Below, piece by piece: positions 28,424-37,745 of a DNA stretch of 64,000 bases; within the stretch, counting starts at the first letter, position 1; every line of letters begins with the position of its first letter. The stretch lies in NCBI GenBank assembly GCA_000002435.2, contig CM018792.1; one strand, given 5' to 3'. Made by a program: the position numbers and the translations under genes. Under the pieces are notes generated by a model. That model worked only from the letters and a program-made list of their open reading frames with translations. It did not search any database and was not told where the DNA came from. The DNA comes from Giardia intestinalis (Eukaryota).

Positions 28424-30958
28424 TTATCCCACGCCCTTATATGCCCTTATCACCTCTGCAGAGCGGACTTTGTTGTGCTTTACGGCATACTCGAGCATGG
28501 TCAGACCATCGTGGGTACGCAGTGATCCCTCTTTGTCCATGAGGAGTTTAATGCACTCTTCCTGCTCGTTCATAATGGCTAGCATAAGCGCTGTCTCGTT
28601 CTTCCAATTCCGCATCTTAGCCTCGGCAAGCAACAAGCGCACGCACGCTGAGTGGCCGTTACCAGCTGCGCTCATGAGTGCGGTATACTTTGCCTTGTTG
28701 GCCATCTTTATCTCTTCTTTAAGGAGAGGAATGCACTCTGACTTTCCATAAAATGCCGCCTTCATGAGTGCAGTCCATCCTTTACTATCTGTCTGCTTCT
28801 TTTCATATATATGTTGTTTAACACCACAAACTGAGCCTATTCTTGCTGCTTCCATCAAATTTGTCGTTCCCTCATTGTTCTTGTTCTGTCCCAAGCCTCT
28901 GATATATTCCAACGGTGGATCATAGACAGTCAGTCTCATGTGTGTCTCCTCGGTAGGTGAGCCTCTGCTGTTCTCTTCCCTAGTAGATGCATTTTCATTA
29001 TTCAATGTTGTGCTAGAGTATTCCCTAACAAGCTCTAGTAAATCTGTATTTTCGAGATTCTCCGCTATTATAAGGGGAGACGTTCCGTCGGAAAGGGTTA
29101 TCATCGCCTCACGCTTTGCCAAGGCCCTCACCCCATCAATATTATTTCTTTGCAATGCAAGCATCAAGGCACTATATCCATTAACATCAGTCATTCCTGA
29201 CTCAGCATCCAGTAGGACGTTGATTAGCTCACTCATTCCCCGTTCACAGGCATACATAAGCGCCGTTCTCCCATCACTATCCTGTATCTTCGATTCAAAG
29301 TCAGCAAGTACTCTAGCTACGTCTACATGTCCATTCAAAATGGCAAGCATTAGCGCAGTCTTCCCATCGTGTCGCTGGAGTCTGTACTCGCCCAACAAGT
29401 AGCTCAACGCCTCACTATTCCCTGTCTCGGCAGCTATCATCAGAGCAGTGGTGTTATCTGCTTTTCTCTGTTTCAACTGCGAGATATTACTGAGAAGAGC
29501 AGGCATGTTTCTGTTTCGTACGGCGATCATGAGGGCGGTGTCATCGCTAACTGCAGTGCTTTCTAGTTCTGACTCCAGCGCTGGTGAGGCTGCCAAGTGG
29601 GATGAGGACTGGAGCTTCTCCTCGGGCTGCTGAGAGTAAGCCTTGTGTACAGAAAGATAGATCATCATTGCCATCTGATTACAGATTTGATGTATCTGCT
29701 TGAAAACGTCAGAGCTTGCAGGGCTACAGATTCCTACATCGTCCATGCTTCCAGGCTTAGGAATCTGCAACGGGAACTGCACTGGTATTTGCATTGGCAT
29801 TGACATCTGCACAGGCATCTGCACAGGCATTGGCATAGGGATTGATGTGGAAATCGGGAGAGATTGTACATTACGGGGAGAGTTGAAGGTTGGGACGAGG
29901 TTTTGGTCCTGGTCATGAGCGATGTGCATATTGAGTCCTGGAGGCTGCAAATCTTGCATCTGAGAAAACAGCGGTGGGGCTGAAGAATAGATCATCGGCA
30001 GGCTTTGCTGTGATTTTGGCGTAAAGGTTGACTGTTTTGGACTGAGGAGAAAAGACCCTGGATTCCTTTGGGGGCCATGCAACTCGTTTGCGAGTGTGTC
30101 TTTTATTCTCGGATGAGAACGTAACTGTGAGATAGTGCTTCGCATGTTGACAGATATGTATAGACAGTTCTTAATTAATTCAAGGAGCTCATTGCTATAA
30201 TGTTCTAGGCCGTGCAGTGTAGAGAGATCTAGGGGTTCATTGGAGGCCCTTGGGTCAATGACAGATAGAGGTTCAAGCAGAGTGCACATGGTAAGGAGAA
30301 TACATCCAAGTGACCACGCATCTGCAGCCGGACCATAGGCTGCCCCGGCTAGCAGTTCTGGTGCAATGTATATCCGAAGGCTTTCAGAGCTGTAGTCGCC
30401 AAGCAAGCGCGTAGCGCTAAAATTGTCTATCTTAATTATGTCGTCTTCTGTGAGCAAAATGTTTGAAGGTCTAAGGCACCGGTAGCTCTTTATAGAACAG
30501 TATTGTGGAGTAAGGTGAGTGTGCAAATATTCTAGTACAAATACTATGACAGCCGCAACGCGCCATATAAAGTCTTCACGTATAATTCGTCTACTGGCTT
30601 TATGATTAATAACCATGTCTTGTACTGAGCCCAGAGAGCAGTATTCAGACTCCAAATAGACCTTATCTCCCATGCTTCCCTTGTGAATAGCTTTGTAACG
30701 CACGATATTTGGGCAAGTAAGCTCTTTGATAGCGGTAACATAGCCCTCCAAAAGGTCTATTTGGTCCGAAGAAAGATTTGAGAGATCAACCTCCTTCAAA
30801 ATAACGGGGCATCCTTGGTCCACTTTAATTGCAAGATATGTTTTCCCTGCCGTGCTAGACCCAACACATTGAATACTAGCAAAGCGGTCGCCCAGCGGAT
30901 GGAAATCTATCGACATATTCTCCTTCATTTTTTTTCGATACGAGGATTTAGAAGTCAT
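28424..30958 (-). CDS. NEK-like protein kinase domain (predicted inactive: HRD replaced by YRC) fused to C-terminal ankyrin repeats
   Basis: N-terminal kinase fold landmarks are a degenerate G-loop VGSSTAGKTYLA, VILK, CPNIVRY, YRCLRPSNILL in place of HRDLKPxN, DNF in place of DFG, APELL and DAWSLGCIL. An (I/M)P(V/M)Q-rich low-complexity linker follows, then at least 7 ankyrin units (TALMIAVRNRNMPALL, GKTALMLAILNGHVDVARVL ...). Confidence 0.8.
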   Translation of the reverse strand: MTSKSSYRKKMKENMSIDFHPLGDRFASIQCVGSSTAGKTYLAIKVDQGCPVILKEVDLSNLSSDQIDLLEGYVTAIKELTCPNIVRYKAIHKGSMGDKVYLESEYCSLGSVQDMVINHKASRRIIREDFIWRVAAVIVFVLEYLHTHLTPQYCSIKSYRCLRPSNILLTEDDIIKIDNFSATRLLGDYSSESLRIYIAPELLAGAAYGPAADAWSLGCILLTMCTLLEPLSVIDPRASNEPLDLSTLHGLEHYSNELLELIKNCLYISVNMRSTISQLRSHPRIKDTLANELHGPQRNPGSFLLSPKQSTFTPKSQQSLPMIYSSAPPLFSQMQDLQPPGLNMHIAHDQDQNLVPTFNSPRNVQSLPISTSIPMPMPVQMPVQMSMPMQIPVQFPLQIPKPGSMDDVGICSPASSDVFKQIHQICNQMAMMIYLSVHKAYSQQPEEKLQSSSHLAASPALESELESTAVSDDTALMIAVRNRNMPALLSNISQLKQRKADNTTALMIAAETGNSEALSYLLGEYRLQRHDGKTALMLAILNGHVDVARVLADFESKIQDSDGRTALMYACERGMSELINVLLDAESGMTDVNGYSALMLALQRNNIDGVRALAKREAMITLSDGTSPLIIAENLENTDLLELVREYSSTTLNNENASTREENSRGSPTEETHMRLTVYDPPLEYIRGLGQNKNNEGTTNLMEAARIGSVCGVKQHIYEKKQTDSKGWTALMKAAFYGKSECIPLLKEEIKMANKAKYTALMSAAGNGHSACVRLLLAEAKMRNWKNETALMLAIMNEQEECIKLLMDKEGSLRTHDGLTMLEYAVKHNKVRSAEVIRAYKGVG

Positions 30959-31015
30959 TCGTTAGGTTGTCTCTTCTGTCTCAGGCTACCTTCTTTTCCT
31001 CTACCTCAGCAATCC

Positions 31016-31498
31016 ATGGAGCAGTGGTATGAAAAAGCAGTCGCAAATCTGACAAGACAACCATACTACAGTAAGGCAGTCAGCCTGGTCCACTCGGCTA
31101 ACTATGCCGATACCCTGTTCATAAATCAGTGTGCCTCCGCTGTTGACGGGCTGCGCACCAGGGGGAATAGTTATAGTAGAGACCGTGTCTCTGGAGCACC
31201 TTCTTTCGTTGTCGTCGTTGGGACGGGAAGGGTTGCCCAGCTAGTACTGAAAGACGTCCTGCTGCCCAAGCAAGTACCAATTAGAGTGTTGTCACTAGGG
31301 CGTGATACAGTTCACTCTGAGCGGATTGCAGAGCTTGGGATTCTCGTCACCACCGATCTCAATGTCCTACTGACAGCAGAGCTGATTCTACTGTGTCTTC
31401 CTGCCGTTGATGCCGCAACCATCGAAGCCCACATAGCCAATTTTGGCCTGGAAGACAAGGTTGTTCGCTTCACTTGCTCCGACAGGGCCACTTTATGA
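31016..31498 (+). CDS. Hypothetical 160-aa protein with a Rossmann-like VVVGTGRVA motif
   Basis: The ORF-track ORF at 30815 overlaps the kinase gene's 5' end. The first ATG after the 57-bp divergent spacer is at 31016 (MEQWYEKAV...). SFVVVVGTGRVAQLVL...ILLCLPAV resembles the NAD(P)-binding start of P5C-reductase-like proteins. Weak call. Confidence 0.4.
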   Translation: MEQWYEKAVANLTRQPYYSKAVSLVHSANYADTLFINQCASAVDGLRTRGNSYSRDRVSGAPSFVVVVGTGRVAQLVLKDVLLPKQVPIRVLSLGRDTVHSERIAELGILVTTDLNVLLTAELILLCLPAVDAATIEAHIANFGLEDKVVRFTCSDRATL

Positions 31499-31501
31499 AC
31501 G

Positions 31502-32812
31502 ATGCCGTCCTTCCAGAAAGGAATTATCAGAAACGAAAAATTCACTCTTGACAACTTCCGTTCGCTCATGCCCAAGCCCATACGGTACTATACGACCTTT
31601 AGAAACACTATTTGGACCGTCCTTCAAGAGAGGGGATGGGAGCAAGTGTCCAATGACACAGACGATTGGAACTTTATCTGGGCCTCTGTGGAATGGATTA
31701 GCGAGCGCTTTGATTACAGCCATGTTCCTGACACTAAATTCGTTAATCACTTTCGCAATTTCTACATCCTAACCAGGAAGGATCTCATGGCCAAAAATTT
31801 GAAGGCCGCTCGAAGGAACCTTTTAAAGTACAACTTGCATGAACTTGGTGATCTTTTTGACTTTGTTCCGGCCAATTTTATTCTCCCTATGGAGTTCGGC
31901 ATGATCACCGAGTTCAATCGTAAGCAAACTACCAAGCCCTTATACATTGTCAAGCCGTCCTGCAGGGCTCAGGGCAAAGGAATATTTATATGCGGCTACT
32001 CCGACCTGTACACTTGGTTCAACACGGAATTTCAGGCCAAGGCAAATTCTGGTTCGGACCGTGAGGCACTCTACGTCGTCCAGAAGTATCTCGACAACCC
32101 TCTCGTTGTCTGCGGTCACAAGTTTGATCTCCGCATCTACTGCCTGGTGGAATCATTTCAACCCCTTGTAGCGTGGATCTGCCGTGAGGGATTTGCACGC
32201 TTCAGCCTGCGACCATTCACCGCAAATGCCGACACGCGGGATCTAGAGGTTCACTTGACCAACGTTGCTATTCAGAAGAATTCTACTAACTATGACTCTA
32301 GGGCCGATGGAGCCAAGTGGAGCCTCTTTCAACTGGGTTGCTACTTGGAGACCATCTATGGAAGAGAACAGATAGATATTATGTTTCTGCGCATTGAGCA
32401 GCTCATTATCCGCTCTCTCCAAGCCGTTGCGAATGATATGATCAAGTCACTGTGCATGTTTGAGATCTATGGCTTCGATGTCATGTTAGACAGTAGCCTG
32501 AAGCCCTGGTTGATAGAAATAAATGCAAGCCCATCACTATCTGCAGACACCCGCGAAGACTCCATTGTTAAGCGCAGGATGCTCCACGATGCAATTAGCA
32601 TTCTCGGTGTCGATGTGCCAAAGCCCTCTCCTGACTGCGTTCGATTTGGATGCTGGAATAAGTGTTATAGTGGCAGGGTGCCGAAGTTCACACAGATCGG
32701 TGATCCTGCACGCTTTGAGAAGGAATTGGCGGCCGGATATGTGTCCCCCAAACGGGCTTCACTCGGGTGCGCCAGCGAACGAGTTTGGGGGATGATGGTA
32801 TCTTCCCTGTAG
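31502..32812 (+). CDS. Tubulin-tyrosine-ligase-like (TTLL) family protein
   Basis: TTL-domain landmarks are VNHFRNFYILTRKDLMAKNL, YIVKPSCRAQGKGIFIC, YVVQKYLDNPLVVCGHKFDLRIYCLVESFQPLVAWICREGFARFS, HLTNVAIQK and FEIYGFDVMLDSSLKPWLIEINASPSLS. The ATG lies 3 nt after the previous gene's stop. Confidence 0.85.
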   Translation: MPSFQKGIIRNEKFTLDNFRSLMPKPIRYYTTFRNTIWTVLQERGWEQVSNDTDDWNFIWASVEWISERFDYSHVPDTKFVNHFRNFYILTRKDLMAKNLKAARRNLLKYNLHELGDLFDFVPANFILPMEFGMITEFNRKQTTKPLYIVKPSCRAQGKGIFICGYSDLYTWFNTEFQAKANSGSDREALYVVQKYLDNPLVVCGHKFDLRIYCLVESFQPLVAWICREGFARFSLRPFTANADTRDLEVHLTNVAIQKNSTNYDSRADGAKWSLFQLGCYLETIYGREQIDIMFLRIEQLIIRSLQAVANDMIKSLCMFEIYGFDVMLDSSLKPWLIEINASPSLSADTREDSIVKRRMLHDAISILGVDVPKPSPDCVRFGCWNKCYSGRVPKFTQIGDPARFEKELAAGYVSPKRASLGCASERVWGMMVSSL

Positions 32813-32903
32813 CTTTCTTAAAGGGCTACACCATCTCGCATAGTTGTCACTCTTACTACTTTTCTTCCTATGGGGCTGAGGGCTGGGATGCTAAAAATAA
32901 TTC

Positions 32904-35825
32904 ATGATCCTTCTCATTGCAGAGAAGCCCTCAATCGCAGAGATGATCTCGCGGAACTATGGCGAGGGAGCAAAGAAGCTGGATAACGTGTCGTTCCCAA
33001 CGTACACCTTTGTGCAATCATTTGAAGGCTCTAAGGAGACCTTCATGTGTACTTCTGTGGCAGGCCACGTTTTTGAGATAGACTTTGATGCAGAGCTTAA
33101 TGGGTCTTCTGTGCCTCAGGAAAGGCTTTTTGAGCGGGGCCATGTTCATTATTCTTTCACTGACTCGGGGTCGACTGTTGCAAAGCACTTAAAGAGCATT
33201 GGGGGGAAAGCCATGCAGCTAATCCTTTGTTTGGACAACGATCGTGAGGGAGAAAATATTTGCTTTGAGGTTTTGAAGGTCCTCAAACCCACTTTACGAT
33301 CAGATTGTCGGGTCAGACGCGCGCGCTTCTCTGCAGTCACAAAGGCGGAGATACAGAACGCATTTCGTAATCTAGATAAGCCAGACCAGAATCTCTCGGA
33401 TGCAGTCGAAGCCCGTCAGGAACTCGATCTTAAAATAGGGGTGGCATTCACTCGGTTTCAGACTGCACACCTACATGCACAGTTTGCAGATCTTCAATCA
33501 TCTGTTATATCGTATGGACCGTGCCAGACTCCCACGCTGAGTTTCTGTGTTTCTCGCCACGACGAAATCCAGCGGTTCCGGCCGAAGCAGATCTTCAGTT
33601 TGGATGTTTGTGCTTTGATTGGGGACCAACCCCATTCTCTCAGATGGCAGGGGGTTCCGTCCGAGAGTCGGGAGGTCATTGAGGAAAAGCGAACTGGCCT
33701 CTTTGGGAAGAGTGCAACGAAGTGCTTGAAAGTCTTGAGCTTTAAAAGCAGCAAGAGTACTCTTCCTCGCCCCTTGCCAATGAATACCGTTGCGCTACTT
33801 AAGGCAGCTTCAACGGTGCTCGGTCTCTCTCCTAACTCTGCAATGGCGTTGGCAGAGCGCCTATATATTGCTGGATACATTTCTTATCCAAGAACTGAGT
33901 CCACCACATATCCCAGTGGTTACAATCTGCGAGAAATTGTACTTGCGCTTAAAGAATCTTCGTCTACTAGAATTTCACAGTGTGCCCAAAACCTCCTGCC
34001 ATCCTCCAAGAAATCATCTGATGAAAGTGTGAGATACACTAATCCGCGGAGGGGGACAGACCAAGGCGACCATCCTCCCATTATGCCCACTGGGCTAATC
34101 CCTCACGATGTCAGTAGCAACGAGTTGAGTCTCTACAATCTGATAACTAAGCACTTCCTGGCAACAGTTTCTCCTGACGCAGTTTATAGCCATAGCTCGC
34201 TAACTCTTCAATCCGTTGACATGCCCTCCGAAACGTTTCTACTCTCTATTACGGACGTCGTAGACCAGGGTTGGAAGGCTCTATACAGTGCTACGGAGTT
34301 CAGTAGCATGCGGGACAACGATCTGAGCGATGACCTTGCCGACGAGAGCATTTCGCTCAGCAAGGAAACGCTGCAAGCAATCTCTGCAACTGGTGCAACG
34401 CTGACTATAGCCTCGGCTGCCATCAAAGCAGGGATGACGAAGCCACCAGGATATCTCTCTGAATCAGACTTACTTGGCCTGATGGAAAAGCATGGAATTG
34501 GGACCGACGCGAGCATGGCCACCCACATAGGAAATATAGTGACTAGGGCGTATGTCGAGCTCCGCGTTACGGGACGACGGCGCTGCCTGGTGCCGACGTC
34601 GATGGGGATCAGCCTCATCCACGGCTACCAGCTTATTGACGGGGACCTGTCCTCCCCCCAGCTGCGGGCAAGCATTGAAAGGGATGTCACGAGGATTGCT
34701 GAAGGAAAGATTAGGAAGGACGTCCTTGTTAATCAAGTTCTTTCGAAGTTTCTAACCAAGTTCCTACATTTTAAGCAGAACATTGGTAAGCTAGAAGCAC
34801 TTCTAAACGCGAAGTTTACCTCTATTAAGAAGGCCGGCCGGCCATTTATTCTTTGTGGAGAGTGCCATCGCTATACCGATCTCATAGAACAGTACCCGCC
34901 ACGTGTGTACTGTGTAACGTGTGATAAGCTTTACACAATTCCCATGCGTGGAACGTTCATAGAGATACCCAGTCGCAAATGCCCTTACGACGGCTGGCCT
35001 CTGATTCTACACATGGCAGAGGCCACACAAAAGCGAACCTTCTTTTGTCTCCACTGCTACACATTTGGATTGAATAAAGAAGAAGCACTTACGCAACTGC
35101 AAACCGTGGCAGCAGATGGCAGTACTGATATCGAACAGACAAAGGCCATAACTTGTGGGATGTGCCTAAACAGTCTGTGCCAGATGAGCCTTCTTAAAAC
35201 CCAAGTGGGAGCCTGCTGGCACTGCAACGCAGATGGTCGGCCCATGCTAAGTGTGAACAGAGATGGCCCTGATTCCAGTCCAGGGGCAACAAACGATACT
35301 CTAGCCGTTGCACGTTCCCCAGAAGCGCAAGAGCAGACACCAGAGAAGAGCGCAGAGTTAGCATCCGCCCCAGTACAGCCTAAGAAGATATCAATCACTA
35401 TAAAGCCTCAAGCGAAGATCAGTCTTAACATTCCACAAGCAAATAAGTCATCGGGAAGTGCATCAGCTGTGCCTAGTCCAAACAAGGCTAGTAGCTTAGC
35501 CGAACTAGTTGGCGGGTACTTGTGCTTAGATGTGGGGACAGCCCGAAGGCTCCCAGGGATTTACTGCAACCGCTGTAACTTCCAAATTGCGTTTCAAGAG
35601 TGCAAGCTGAGCCTTTCGTCGGATTTTTGTGCGTGTGGTCGTATAAAGCTCAGGGCCACAGACCTTTTGGATAAAAAGTCTGCAAGCAGCGAGGTGTTTG
35701 GGTGTGTGCACTGTAATGATGAATTGTTCCAGACAGTATCTGAGTACAAAGATGGCTCAGGTCGTCATCCCCGTCGCGCAGCTCAGCCGAAGAGGCACGG
35801 ACCAAGGGGTCGCAAACACAGATAG
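32904..35825 (+). CDS. TOP3: DNA topoisomerase III (type IA) with C-terminal Cys4 zinc-ribbon modules
   Basis: The Toprim start is MILLIAEKPSIAE, followed by TSVAGHVFEIDF and the acidic cluster CLDNDREGENI. The catalytic-Tyr region is LYIAGYISYPRTEST, and GIGTDASMATHIGNIV is also present. Four or more C-x2-C...C-x2-C modules sit at the C-terminus. Confidence 0.9.
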   Translation: MILLIAEKPSIAEMISRNYGEGAKKLDNVSFPTYTFVQSFEGSKETFMCTSVAGHVFEIDFDAELNGSSVPQERLFERGHVHYSFTDSGSTVAKHLKSIGGKAMQLILCLDNDREGENICFEVLKVLKPTLRSDCRVRRARFSAVTKAEIQNAFRNLDKPDQNLSDAVEARQELDLKIGVAFTRFQTAHLHAQFADLQSSVISYGPCQTPTLSFCVSRHDEIQRFRPKQIFSLDVCALIGDQPHSLRWQGVPSESREVIEEKRTGLFGKSATKCLKVLSFKSSKSTLPRPLPMNTVALLKAASTVLGLSPNSAMALAERLYIAGYISYPRTESTTYPSGYNLREIVLALKESSSTRISQCAQNLLPSSKKSSDESVRYTNPRRGTDQGDHPPIMPTGLIPHDVSSNELSLYNLITKHFLATVSPDAVYSHSSLTLQSVDMPSETFLLSITDVVDQGWKALYSATEFSSMRDNDLSDDLADESISLSKETLQAISATGATLTIASAAIKAGMTKPPGYLSESDLLGLMEKHGIGTDASMATHIGNIVTRAYVELRVTGRRRCLVPTSMGISLIHGYQLIDGDLSSPQLRASIERDVTRIAEGKIRKDVLVNQVLSKFLTKFLHFKQNIGKLEALLNAKFTSIKKAGRPFILCGECHRYTDLIEQYPPRVYCVTCDKLYTIPMRGTFIEIPSRKCPYDGWPLILHMAEATQKRTFFCLHCYTFGLNKEEALTQLQTVAADGSTDIEQTKAITCGMCLNSLCQMSLLKTQVGACWHCNADGRPMLSVNRDGPDSSPGATNDTLAVARSPEAQEQTPEKSAELASAPVQPKKISITIKPQAKISLNIPQANKSSGSASAVPSPNKASSLAELVGGYLCLDVGTARRLPGIYCNRCNFQIAFQECKLSLSSDFCACGRIKLRATDLLDKKSASSEVFGCVHCNDELFQTVSEYKDGSGRHPRRAAQPKRHGPRGRKHR

Positions 35826-36183
35826 CCATCAAGTGCTTGCTATTATGTAAACTACTTCCTACTCCATTAAATATTTAGACGCGCAGTTCTGGCTATGGGA
35901 CCGAAACTTTTGAAGAGCGAGTCAGCTATGAGTTTATGGATGAAAACGCAGTTCAATCAGATCGTGCGGTATATAAGTATAAGATACATAACCGTAGAGT
36001 GCTAATCACGACCCACCGAGTAGTTGATAATTCATCAATCACTGGCAGGGCAAATCACTCACCAGAACCAGCTAGTTCAATTTGTGCTTCGGACTTTAGA
36101 TCTGCTGATCTAGACTTTATTCCACTAACGGATACTTTTAGATCAGTTGTTCACCACTTGGTGGTACTCTCTGTGACGTCACC

Positions 36184-37488
36184 TTGTGCGTGATGCAGTG
36201 CCCCAGTTCCGCCTGTTGCTGCTGCCAATGGAGGCCCGCCATAACGTTCTACGCAGTCTTTCTGATCAGCCTTGCGCTCCAACTGGCGACAGAGGAGTGC
36301 ACAACCGTCTCTGGTGATCAGCCCGACACTTGCAAGGCCTGTAGCGCCGTCATCAACGGCAAGAAGTACTGCTCCCAGTGCAACGGCGGTGGGTCTCAAT
36401 CTGCCCCAACGGACGGAGTGTGCTCAGCAGACAACAACGAATGCCCCTAAAAGAACAACGGAGTATGTACACAGTGCGCTCATGAGTCCTTCATGTACAA
36501 GAGCGGATGCTACAAGGATAGCCAGGCACCTGGCAACACGATGTGTGAAACAGCAACTGATGGAGTGTGCACACTAACTAAGGCTGGATACTTCGTGCCG
36601 CCGGGCGCAGACGCCTCTCACCAGTCGGTCATACCATGTGGAGACGAAGAGGAAATAACAGTTAAAGATGGCAAGAAGTACAAGGGTGTGCCGCACTGCA
36701 CTCGGTGTAATACGCCTGACGCAGCAACCGATGCTAACGCCAAGGCTGCCACGTGCACGGCTTGTGAAGACGGGTACTTTGTAGATAGTAGTAAAGGGTG
36801 CACTGCCTGTGATGGTAGTTGTAAGACGTGTGAGGCCACAAGAGATACTAAGCGCAAGTCTTGTACAGAGGAAACACACTTCCTTGGGGCAGCTTCTGGT
36901 GGAGAAGGCAAGTGCATATCGTGCGGAGATGCATCTGACAGTACATGGAAGGGCGTCGATGGGTGCCTGAAGTGCACTACATCGGGAAAAAACACCCCTG
37001 CCACATGCACTGAGTGCCAAGAAGGCAAGTACCTGAAAGGCGGCGATCCCACTAGTTGTATTCTCAGAAACGCATGCACCGGAACACACTTCCCCAACGA
37101 CAATGCAGAGAATAAGAAGAAGTGTCTTCCTTGTGGTGATCATGTTAACGGTGGTATAGAGCACTGCTTGGAATGCGCACTGATCGAAGGTCAAGTTGAA
37201 GGGGTCCTTGTTACGTGCACTAAGTGTAGTACTAGAAAGAAGGTGAGCCCCGGGAGGAAGTCATGTGTGGATGGCTGTCCCAGCAACTCCACTGATGATA
37301 ACTCTGTCTGTGTGTGCAACGATGGGTACAGCCCTGACAGCAGTGGGGCCTCCTGTGTGTCCTCTGGCAGTAATAGGAGCGGGCTCTCCACGGGGGCCAT
37401 CGCGGGGATCTCCGTGGCTGTCATCGTCGTCGTGGGGGGTCTCATAGGGTTCCTCTGCTGGTGGTTCATATGTAGAGGGAAGGCGTGA
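36184..37488 (+). pseudogene. VSP gene interrupted by a single in-frame TAA (36448-36450). The upstream ORF carries the signal peptide and the downstream ORF the CXXC ectodomain, TM and CRGKA tail.
   Basis: ORFs 36184..36450 and 36493..37488 are in the same frame. The read-through sequence is ...CSADNNECP*KNNGVCTQCAHESFMYKSGCYK..., with VSP CXXC spacing continuous across the stop. The C-terminus is GAIAGISVAVIVVVGGLIGFLCWWFICRGKA*. Confidence 0.6.
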
Positions 37489-37502
37489 CTTGGGTAGTGA
37501 AT
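37488..37502 (+). promoter_or_regulatory. VSP-type extended poly(A) signal ACTTGGGTAGTGAAT, overlapping the TGA stop
   Basis: The same ACTYRGGTAGTRAAY-like motif as after the first VSP. Confidence 0.5.
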
Positions 37503-37745
37503 TCATTGTCGACAAGCCTGCCGGTGGCGCCTGGATATCATTAGTTTGTAACTGTCTAAGTTAATCATCCATTCGCCCTTAGTGTCGTTGTGTGCATAGA
37601 AGTATACATTGTACGAACTATCTTACACTCTGGGAGCGTATGGGAGCAAGTACGCAGAAGGAGAACCGGTACTATAGGCACAATCGTCCATTGGCTCTAG
37701 ATTCTGCTGAAAAAGAACAAATTCCTTTTGTGCAATTGTGAGTTA

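Noticed and set aside
30815-31015. First 67 codons of ORF 30815..31498, which overlap the kinase gene's 5' end
   Set aside because: It is a non-ATG-initiated extension antisense to a well-supported kinase N-terminus. The first ATG at 31016 follows the 57-bp spacer.
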